Positions 27,742-35,286 of a stretch of DNA of 64,000 nucleotides are shown piece after piece (the stretch's first letter is position 1; each line of letters starts with the position of its first letter). Under the pieces are notes generated by a model, which had not been told where the DNA came from, did not search any database, and worked only from the letters and a program-made list of their open reading frames with translations. Source of the DNA: Candidatus Methylomirabilia bacterium (GTDB lineage: Bacteria; Methylomirabilota; Methylomirabilia; Rokubacteriales; CSP1-6). Both the position numbers and the translations under genes were made by a program. The stretch is taken from positions 31,299-95,298 of the forward strand of contig JBGQEL010000005.1 in assembly GCA_041496385.1 (NCBI GenBank). Reading direction: 5' to 3'.

Positions 27742-28659
27742 TCAGCCCCCCGCGCGCGTCCCCGAGATCGTACGGCCGAGGCGCGCCTCGACGACGTGGG
27801 TGACCGCCGAGAAGTCCTGCCCGCCCCAGCCCTGCGCGGCGGCCTCTCCGAACGCCTGGAGCGTCTCGCGGAGGATCGGCATGTGCGCGAGGCTCGCGCC
27901 CGCCATCCCCGCCGCAAGCGTCACGTCCTTCAGCATCAGGTCCGCCGTGAAGGTGGGCTCGAAGTTGCCGTCGACGACCCGGAGGGCGCGGCGGTCGAAG
28001 TAGGTGGAGTAGGCCATGCCGCCGCCGTTCTTCACGACCTCGTAGTACGTCCGCGGATCGACCCCGAGCCCCACGCAGAGCGCCAGCGACTCGGCGACCG
28101 CGACCGCGTTGACCGCGCCGAGCGCGTTGTGGAGGAGCTTGATCCGGTTGCCCGTTCCCGAGGGCCCGACGTACATCGTGAGGCGCCCCATGACGTCGAG
28201 CATCGGCTGGATCGCCGCGAGCCGGTCGCGCTCGCCGCCCACCATGAAGAAGATCTCGCCCGACTCGGCCTGCGGCGACGAGCCGAGCATGGGCGTGTCC
28301 ATGTGCGTCACGCCCTTCGGCCCCGCGGCGGCGTGGATCGCCTGCGAGACCCCGGGGCTCACGGTGGAGCAGTCGCAGGTCACGAGCCCCGGCCGGCCAC
28401 CGGCGAGCACGCCGTCGGGCCCGAGATAGGTCGCCCTGACGATGTCGTCGTTCGGCAGCGCGCTGAAGAGCACGCGCGCGCGCGCCGCCACCTCGCGCGG
28501 CGAGGGCTGCGCCGTCACCCCGGCCGCCGAGGCGGCGCGCGCGGCCGCCGTCGGGTCGACATCGAAGACGTGAACGGAGTAGCCGGCCTTGGCGAGGTTG
28601 CGGGCCATGGGCCCGCCCATCCGGCCGAGGCCGATGAATCCGATCTCTCCCTGGCTCAT
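27742..28659 (-). CDS. Beta-hydroxyacid dehydrogenase (3-hydroxyisobutyrate/tartronate family)
   Basis: IGFIGLGRMGGPMA, DCST, KLLHN, LMLKD. Confidence 0.9.
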   Translation of the reverse strand: MSQGEIGFIGLGRMGGPMARNLAKAGYSVHVFDVDPTAAARAASAAGVTAQPSPREVAARARVLFSALPNDDIVRATYLGPDGVLAGGRPGLVTCDCSTVSPGVSQAIHAAAGPKGVTHMDTPMLGSSPQAESGEIFFMVGGERDRLAAIQPMLDVMGRLTMYVGPSGTGNRIKLLHNALGAVNAVAVAESLALCVGLGVDPRTYYEVVKNGGGMAYSTYFDRRALRVVDGNFEPTFTADLMLKDVTLAAGMAGASLAHMPILRETLQAFGEAAAQGWGGQDFSAVTHVVEARLGRTISGTRAGG

Positions 28660-28778
28660 CCATTCTCCCTATGTCCCTGTGTCGTTTGCATCTCTTTCGC
28701 GGATCGCGGCGCCGCCATATAATCTCGCCACCTGAGCCGTCTGTCACTCACGAAGGCGAACCTCACCGAGGAGGAGAT

Positions 28779-30137
28779 ATGGACCAGCGGCTGCGCAACC
28801 TCGCCGAACAGCTCGACGCGGGCCTCATCGCGCGCCGGGAGTTCCTCAGAAAGGCCGCCGTCGTCACCGGCGGCACCGCCGCAGGGCTCGCCACGCTGCG
28901 CCGGATGGCCTCCGCGCAACCGAAGACGAAGCTTCGGGCCTGGCTCTTCAAGAGCTTCGTCACCAACGCCAACGACATCCTTGGCCGGCAGATCGAGGCC
29001 TGGGCCAAGGATCGTAAGGTGGACGTCGAGATGGACTGGGCGACCTTCGGCGACCGCGAGCCGAAATTCGTCGCAGCCATCGAGGCCGGCAATCCGCCGG
29101 ATCTGGCGGAGATGCACATCATGGGGCCCACCCGGTACAAGGCCGTGCTGCGCGACGTGTCCGCGCTCGCGGGCGACATCGCGCGCGCGAAGGGCGGGTT
29201 GCTGCCGTTCGCCGAGACCGCGATGAAGATCGACGGCAAGTTCCTGGGCGTGGCCCGCTACTCCATGACCACGGTGTTCTTCATCCGCAAGGACGTCATG
29301 GAGGCCAAGGGGCTCAAGCCCCCCAAGATCTACGACCCCGACGTCGTCGAGTTCGCCAGAAAAACCCAGGACCCGTCCAAGGATCTCTTCGGCTTTGGGC
29401 AAACGCTCAATCGCTCTGACGACGGCGACGGCTTCATGGAGAACATCTTCTGGGACTACGGCGGGGGCTCGTGGGACAAGGAGGGCAAGCCCGCGCTCGG
29501 CACGACGTTCAGGGCCCAAAATCTGAAGGCGCTCCAGTTCGCGGTGGATACGATCCAGAAGCACAAGATCCAGCCGCCCGGCGTGATGGGCTGGACGGAC
29601 GTCTCGAACAACGAGTCGTACATGGCGGGCAAGCTCGTGACCACCAACAACGGGGCGAGTCTCTACTACGCCATGGTGACGAAGAAGCACGAGTTGGCGC
29701 CTAAGACTCAGCTGGTGTTGACCCCGGGCGGTCCTGGCGGCAGCTTCGTCGGCTCAAGCTGCTACAACTGGGGCATCTTCAGCAAGAGCAAGCTCGCCGA
29801 CCTCTCCGAGGATCTGATCCGCTGGGTCGAGGACGAGAAGCACTTCAACGAGTACCTGCAAGTCTCGGTCGGTCAGGCGGGACCCGTGTACAAGGGGCGC
29901 GTGGACAACCCGTACTGGAAGTCCGACCCGAACTTCGAGGCGATCGTTCAGAATATTCTGCGCAGCGTGAACTACGGCTATCCTGGGCCCCTGACCTCGG
30001 CGGCGGTCGAGGTGCGTGCCCAGCACGTCCTCACGGACATGGCCGGGCGAGTCGTCGTGGGCGGACTCTCACCCGAGGCGGCCCTGAAGGAGGCACACGC
30101 GCGGGTGGAGGAGATCTACAAGATGCGCCGCGCGTAG
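28779..30137 (+). CDS. Tat-signal ABC solute-binding protein (family 1, sugar-like)
   Basis: ARREFLRK; AAIEAGNPPD; GAGGAG SD; precedes two permeases. Confidence 0.85.
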   Translation: MDQRLRNLAEQLDAGLIARREFLRKAAVVTGGTAAGLATLRRMASAQPKTKLRAWLFKSFVTNANDILGRQIEAWAKDRKVDVEMDWATFGDREPKFVAAIEAGNPPDLAEMHIMGPTRYKAVLRDVSALAGDIARAKGGLLPFAETAMKIDGKFLGVARYSMTTVFFIRKDVMEAKGLKPPKIYDPDVVEFARKTQDPSKDLFGFGQTLNRSDDGDGFMENIFWDYGGGSWDKEGKPALGTTFRAQNLKALQFAVDTIQKHKIQPPGVMGWTDVSNNESYMAGKLVTTNNGASLYYAMVTKKHELAPKTQLVLTPGGPGGSFVGSSCYNWGIFSKSKLADLSEDLIRWVEDEKHFNEYLQVSVGQAGPVYKGRVDNPYWKSDPNFEAIVQNILRSVNYGYPGPLTSAAVEVRAQHVLTDMAGRVVVGGLSPEAALKEAHARVEEIYKMRRA

Positions 30138-30158
30138 GGGCGGCGCGGAGACACCTCG

Positions 30159-31109
30159 ATGGCCACGCCGGCGGCACGGCTCCCGGCCAGCGCGACGCTC
30201 GGCCGCCAGAGGACGGCGGTCGGGCTCGCGCAGTGGCTCGGGCGCGACTACCGCCTGGGCCTGCTCTTCGTCGCGCCGATCATCGCCCTGGTGCTGGCGC
30301 TGGTCGCGTACCCGTTCTGCTACGCGATCTACCTCAGCATGACGCGGAAGTACGTGGGCGTGCCGCCCGTGTGGGTGGGGTTCGACAACTACGTGAAGCT
30401 GACCTGGGACGGCTTCTTCCGGCGCGCCGTTTACAACAGCTTCGTCTTCACCTTCGGCTCGGTCGCGGTGAAGGTCGTGCTCGGCATGGCGATGGCCCTC
30501 GTGCTGATGACGCACGTCCGGTTCCGCAGCTTCTGGACCGGCGTCCTCCTGATCCCCTGGGTCGCGCCCACCGTCGTCTCGGCGCTCAACTTCCTCTGGA
30601 TCTACGACTACAGCCTCGGCGTTCTGAACTACCTCCTGGTGAAGGTGTTCCGCATCCTGCCCCAGGGCGTGGGCTGGCTCTCGGAGCCCGGCACGGCGAT
30701 GGCGTCGGTCATCGCCGTCAACGTCTGGCGCGGCTTTCCCTTTTTCGGCATCTCCTTCCTCGCGGGCATGAAGGCGATCCCCGGGGAGGCGTACGAGGCG
30801 GCCGCCGTCGACGGCGCGGGCGCGCTCCAGCGCTTCCGCCACGTGACGCTGCCCGGGATCAAGAACATCATGATCATCGTGGTGCTGCTCTCGACGATCT
30901 GGACCTTCAACGATTTCACGATCGTCTACATCCTCACCAAGGGCGGCCCCGGCGGAGCGACGCAGGTCCTGCCCGTGCTCACCTACGAGATCGCCTTCGG
31001 CGCCCAGCGCCTCGGCGAGGCCATCGCGGTGGCGCTCTACATGCTGCCCGCCATGGCCGCGGTGATCATCGTGCTCGCGCGCTACATGCGCCGGGGCAGG
31101 GCCGCGTGA
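30159..31109 (+). CDS. Carbohydrate ABC permease (MalF-like)
   Basis: WVGFDNY; EAA loop YEAAAVDGA. Confidence 0.92.
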   Translation: MATPAARLPASATLGRQRTAVGLAQWLGRDYRLGLLFVAPIIALVLALVAYPFCYAIYLSMTRKYVGVPPVWVGFDNYVKLTWDGFFRRAVYNSFVFTFGSVAVKVVLGMAMALVLMTHVRFRSFWTGVLLIPWVAPTVVSALNFLWIYDYSLGVLNYLLVKVFRILPQGVGWLSEPGTAMASVIAVNVWRGFPFFGISFLAGMKAIPGEAYEAAAVDGAGALQRFRHVTLPGIKNIMIIVVLLSTIWTFNDFTIVYILTKGGPGGATQVLPVLTYEIAFGAQRLGEAIAVALYMLPAMAAVIIVLARYMRRGRAA

Positions 31110-31945
31110 GGAACCGGATCCTCGCTCGCGCGGAGACCCCGCTCGCGTACGCCGTCCTCCTGGCGCTCGCCCTCGTGGTCGTCTTCCCCTTCTACTGGAT
31201 GTTCGTCACCTCGCTGAAGAGCGAGGAGCAGATGCGGAGCCTCGCCTCGATGTTCTGGCCGAGCCCCGTGGTGCTCGACAACTACCGCCAGCTCCTGGGC
31301 AAGACCGACTTCGCGGCCTGGTATGGCAACAGCATCGTCGTCGCCGTCAGCAGTACCTTCTTGGCCACCGCGATCGGGACACTTGGGGCCTACGCGCTGG
31401 CGCGGCTCAAGTTCTTCGGCCGCGCCTTCATGGCGAGCGCCACGCTCATCACGTACCTCGTGCCCCCGTCGATCCTGTTCATCCCCCTCTACGCGCAGAT
31501 CCGGAACCTCGGCCTGGCCGACAGCCTGACCGGCCTCATCGTCGCCTATCCGAGCTTCACGGTGCCGTTCGTGACGTGGCTGCTCATGGGCTACTTCGAA
31601 TCGATCCCCTTGGAGCTGGAGGAGTCAGCCATGATCGACGGCGCCACGCGCTTCGGCGCCTTCCGGCGCATCATCCTGCCGCTCGCGGCGCCCGGCGTGT
31701 TGGCGGCGGCGCTCTTCGCCTTCACCCAGGCGTGGAACGAGTTCCTCTACGCCCTCGTGTTCATCACGAACGTCAAGCTCCGCACGCTGCCCGTCGGGCT
31801 CTCGACCTTCATCACGGGCGACGTCTACGGCTGGGGTTTCCTGATGGCGGGGGCCGTGCTGACCACCCTGCCCGTGATCGCCGCCTACACCTATCTCCAG
31901 AAGTACATGGTCGAGGGGCTCACCGCCGGGAGCGTCAAGGGCTGA
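31106..31945 (+). CDS. Carbohydrate ABC permease (MalG-like)
   Basis: PFYWMFVTSLK, ELEESAMIDGA, AWNEFLYA, GLTAGSVKG; GTGA overlap. Confidence 0.92.
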   Translation: MRNRILARAETPLAYAVLLALALVVVFPFYWMFVTSLKSEEQMRSLASMFWPSPVVLDNYRQLLGKTDFAAWYGNSIVVAVSSTFLATAIGTLGAYALARLKFFGRAFMASATLITYLVPPSILFIPLYAQIRNLGLADSLTGLIVAYPSFTVPFVTWLLMGYFESIPLELEESAMIDGATRFGAFRRIILPLAAPGVLAAALFAFTQAWNEFLYALVFITNVKLRTLPVGLSTFITGDVYGWGFLMAGAVLTTLPVIAAYTYLQKYMVEGLTAGSVKG

Positions 31946-31964
31946 CGCCTCCGCCGCCTCGGTC

Positions 31965-33011
31965 CTACAGGACCGCGGCGTGCACCACCCGCCCCTCGGC
32001 GACGAGCGCCGATCCCCGGTGCGCGCTCAGGCGGAACTCGAAGAGCCGGCCCACGCCGGCGTTCCGCCTGAGTGTGCCCTCGACGGTCCCGAGGCGCCGC
32101 AGGAGCGCCTCGAGGCGGGTCCTGAGCCCGTAGTCGTCCACGTCCGACAGGGCGGGGCGGTCGTAGGTCTCGAGCGCGTAGGCGCGCAGCAGCTTCGGCC
32201 ACTCGCGCGCGAAGAGGCCCGCGTCCCGGAAGAGGTCGAGCCCCGCCATGCCGTCGGACGCGAACACCGCGGCGCCGAGCGCGCCGGGCGCCCTCCGCGC
32301 GTCCATCGAGCGCGCGACCTCGGTCTGGTGGGCCTGGACCTCGGGCTTGTCGTAAATCGCCTGGTAGCTCCCCGTCGCGGACCGCGCCTGCGCCAGCGCG
32401 GAGTAGCGGTTCACCTCGGCCCACACCTCGGACTGGCCGCGCTTGTCCAGCACCTTGGAGCGCAGCTGGGGCGCGGCGAACGCCCCGCGCCCGCCGAAGT
32501 CGGCGCCGCCGGGGGCCTGGCTCCAGCGCCCCTGCTCGACGCAGTACACCTCGAGGTCCACGGGGCCGGAGCGCGGCGGCAGCAGGACGTCCTCCACGAC
32601 CACGCGGTTCTGCTTGCCGCCGAGCAGGATCTCGCCGGCGAGCAGCAGGACGTGCGCCTTGCCGCGGTTGTCGACGACGAGTCCGGGTACCGAGGCGCGC
32701 GCGCGTTCGGCGATGACGAGCTCGCCACTGTCGCGCGCTTCCTCGAAGGTCGCGATCGGCAGTGGCGCCGGGGCGGACACGGCGTGGAGCCAGAGGACGT
32801 GGAGGCCGCCGTGTGACTTCCGGGCGCCGACGCTCACGCCCGCGACGAGCTTCCCGAGCTCGACGCTGACCTGGCCGGCGCCGCCCGGGTCCCCGAGGAT
32901 GGGGGGCTCGCCGCCCAGGATCCTGCGCCGATCGGCCCACGCCGCGAGCGGGCGCGCCAGCGTGGCGCCCGTCGCGGCGCCCAGAACCTCCAGAAACTCG
33001 CGCTTCGTCAT
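31965..33011 (-). CDS. DUF6569/ARPP-1-like protein with a Tat-like signal
   Basis: TKREFL N-terminus; GEILLGGKQNR and YCVEQGRW motifs recalled for DUF6569. Confidence 0.7.
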   Translation of the reverse strand: MTKREFLEVLGAATGATLARPLAAWADRRRILGGEPPILGDPGGAGQVSVELGKLVAGVSVGARKSHGGLHVLWLHAVSAPAPLPIATFEEARDSGELVIAERARASVPGLVVDNRGKAHVLLLAGEILLGGKQNRVVVEDVLLPPRSGPVDLEVYCVEQGRWSQAPGGADFGGRGAFAAPQLRSKVLDKRGQSEVWAEVNRYSALAQARSATGSYQAIYDKPEVQAHQTEVARSMDARRAPGALGAAVFASDGMAGLDLFRDAGLFAREWPKLLRAYALETYDRPALSDVDDYGLRTRLEALLRRLGTVEGTLRRNAGVGRLFEFRLSAHRGSALVAEGRVVHAAVL

Positions 33012-33012
33012 G

Positions 33013-33072
33013 GCCCGGTCCTCCCTGTAGGTGCGTCTACAGGGTTAGACCGGGCGGGCGCGACGGAGTTCC
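33013..33072 (-). promoter_or_regulatory. RpoE/AlgU-like promoter (GAACTC-N16-TCTAA) overlapping an SD-sequestering inverted repeat
   Basis: Arms 33013-33020/33048-33055 and 33023-33030/33037-33044; -35 at 33066-33072, -10 at 33045-33049. Confidence 0.55.
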
Positions 33073-33078
33073 GGGCCG

Positions 33079-34155
33079 CTAGAAGACCTCCGCCAGGTTG
33101 AGCGGCCTGGGCTGGCGCCGGCGGTGGTCGGGGCCGAAGTGCTCGGCCAGCCCCTGGCAGATCAGCGGCAGCGCGATCGTCACGTCGGCGAAGCACATGA
33201 CGTTGTCGCCGGCCTTGGCCTCCTTGCCCCACGAGATGCACTCGGTCCTGAGCGCGGCGCCGCCGAGGCCGCCGAAGATGGTGTTGTCGGTCGTGATCTG
33301 GATGGCCGCGACGTGGGGCTTGGCCTCCTCGTTGCCGTGGCGCGACGAGACGCTCGTCGCCGTGATCTGGAGGAAGTCCTTGGGCACGCCGCCGCCGAGG
33401 AAGACGACGGAGGTGCCGCGCCCCGCCGTCATCGCCTGGTCCATCATGTCGGTCGCGACCTTGTAGTCGCGGAAGAAGTCGACGACCGGCGCCATCTCGG
33501 CCTTCTTGGCCTTGTCGTAGCCCTCACCGATCGGCCCGTCGGGCAGGCCGCAGCAGAAGACCGGCACCTGGCGGCGCGCTGCCGTCGCCAGGATCGAGCG
33601 CTTGAAGCCCTTGGTCTCGAGCCAGAGCCCCATCTCGTGCAGGAATCGCACCGTCGTGATCGAGGGCTTCCGCCAGCGCTCGGCGAGGTCGTCGATGAAC
33701 GCGCTCGTCACGAGCGTCTCGAGCTGGTCGTACTTCTCCTTCGAGACGATGTGGTCGTAGAACCGGTAGTAGCCCTCCGTCCAGAGGGCCTCGTCGTCCA
33801 CGTGGTCGGCGTCCACTCGGTAGACCCGCGTGCCGTCCATCTGCTCGAGCAGGTCCTCGGTGATGTTGGCCGAGGTGGAGGCGAGCACGTCGATGTAGCC
33901 GCGCTCCATGAGCCAGGTGACGAGCGGCCACATGCCGGCGCTCGACAGGGACGCGGCGTAGCCGAGACAGATGAGGCTCGGCCCCTCGACCATCTTTTTC
34001 CAGGTCTCGAAGGCGTCGCCCAGCGCGCGGCCCTGGAAGGCGGAGCGCCGCATCTTTCCGAGCATGGCGAGGACGGAGGGCGTCCCGCCGCCCTCGACCA
34101 CCGTCATCGGCTCGCGGATGAGACTCGGGTCCTCGTACGTGCGAATGCCCGCCAT
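33079..34155 (-). CDS. Deoxyhypusine synthase-like protein
   Basis: AFQGRALG, TSANITEDL, LGGGVPKDF, GGLGGA, ECISWGK with the catalytic Lys; AGGAGG SD before ATG 34155. Confidence 0.88.
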   Translation of the reverse strand: MAGIRTYEDPSLIREPMTVVEGGGTPSVLAMLGKMRRSAFQGRALGDAFETWKKMVEGPSLICLGYAASLSSAGMWPLVTWLMERGYIDVLASTSANITEDLLEQMDGTRVYRVDADHVDDEALWTEGYYRFYDHIVSKEKYDQLETLVTSAFIDDLAERWRKPSITTVRFLHEMGLWLETKGFKRSILATAARRQVPVFCCGLPDGPIGEGYDKAKKAEMAPVVDFFRDYKVATDMMDQAMTAGRGTSVVFLGGGVPKDFLQITATSVSSRHGNEEAKPHVAAIQITTDNTIFGGLGGAALRTECISWGKEAKAGDNVMCFADVTIALPLICQGLAEHFGPDHRRRQPRPLNLAEVF

Positions 34156-34190
34156 ACCCTCTATCCTCCTCATTTCAGCCTCGCACCACC

Positions 34191-34982
34191 TCAGCGTCCG
34201 GCCAGCCAGGCGCGCGACTTCGCGTGTTCGTCGGCGCGCTCGGTCCGGAGGTAACGGTAGCGGCTGCCCCGCGCGATCAGCGCCTCGTGGACGGTCCCGC
34301 CGGGGAAGCACGCCTTGAGCTGCGGCACCACCTGGTCCCGGTCGAAGAAGCGGCACGAGAAGATGTCGAAGTACGCCCGCTCGTCGTCCGGATAGACGTG
34401 CAGGCTCACGTGACTCTCGGCGATCATCGTCAGGGCCGAGAGCACCCGCCGCCCGTCGGGCAGCGTGTCCCGGATGACGTAGGGGCGCATGATCGGCGTC
34501 ATTCCGATCGAGCTCGGCAGGCGGTCGAACAGGGCGAAGAGCGTGTCCATGCTCTGCGGGCCCTGGTAAGCGTCGATGTTCAGGAACAGATGCGGGCCGA
34601 AGTCGGTTTCCACGTCGGGGTCGGTGTCCTTCATCTTCGTCCGCTCGACGGTCTGGACCGACGTCGTCGCGCACGGGAAGGCCGCCTCGAGGACCGACCG
34701 GAGGCGGTCGGCGTCGAACGGCTCGGGCGAGACGAGGTCGGCGAAGTAGGCCTCCCGGAACGAGAACGTGTGCAGCGTGAGGTGGCCGCCGGCGAGAAAG
34801 AGGAACGCGCTCACGCCGCAGTCCTCGGCCACGACCCCGTTGTAGTAGGGGAGCACGAAGGCCGGCATCACGGGCCTCAGGCCGAGCTGCACGGGGATCT
34901 CCTCGAGCACCTCCTGGATCAGCGGCACGTGGTCGAACCGGGAGCGGAATCCCTGGAAGCCGTCAATCGTGAAGTGGAGCAT
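34191..34982 (-). CDS. Tandem-domain S-adenosylmethionine decarboxylase-family pyruvoyl enzyme
   Basis: Two AdoMetDC repeats: GVSAFLFLAGGHLTLHTF...ADLVS and SALTMIAESHVSLHVYP...FDIFSCRFFD. Confidence 0.85.
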   Translation of the reverse strand: MLHFTIDGFQGFRSRFDHVPLIQEVLEEIPVQLGLRPVMPAFVLPYYNGVVAEDCGVSAFLFLAGGHLTLHTFSFREAYFADLVSPEPFDADRLRSVLEAAFPCATTSVQTVERTKMKDTDPDVETDFGPHLFLNIDAYQGPQSMDTLFALFDRLPSSIGMTPIMRPYVIRDTLPDGRRVLSALTMIAESHVSLHVYPDDERAYFDIFSCRFFDRDQVVPQLKACFPGGTVHEALIARGSRYRYLRTERADEHAKSRAWLAGR

Positions 34983-35108
34983 TCGCCTCCTCGTGTGAAT
35001 GCGCCGCCGCGCTCGAGCACCGCGTGGACGCCTGGGTAGAACCGGCGAAGGGGGGAGTACCGCTGAAGCCCGCGAGGTCCGAAGAGACCGGCGGACCGTC
35101 GAACACCG

Positions 35109-35167
35109 TCAGGAGTAGCGACTCGTTCTTCGAAGTCGCATCACGACGTGTGCGTACCGTCCGTCAT
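35109..35167 (-). other. Two coupled micro-ORFs in the leader: MTDGTHTS* (35141-35167) and MRLRRTSRYS* (35109-35141)
   Basis: TGATG overlap; first ATG lies 8 nt after the -10 box; second ORF has 4 Arg codons (CGA, CGA, AGA, CGC). Confidence 0.5.
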
Positions 35168-35175
35168 CGAATCCG

Positions 35176-35205
35176 ATCGTAACGGCAGTCTCGAAGCGAT
35201 GTCAA
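35176..35205 (-). promoter_or_regulatory. sigma70 promoter TTGACA-N18-TACGAT for the decarboxylase-DHS operon
   Basis: Perfect -35 and near-consensus -10. Confidence 0.75.
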
Positions 35206-35286
35206 TTTGAAACCGTCGTCGCGGGCCCTCCGGCGGCCGCCGGCGGCCGGTGGCCGCGGGCGGCCGACTCGGTTAAGCTTCCCGCC

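Noticed and set aside
34983..35167. SAM riboswitch upstream of the AdoMetDC-like gene
   Set aside because: No SAM-I or SAM-II core motifs recognised by eye; an Rfam scan is still advisable
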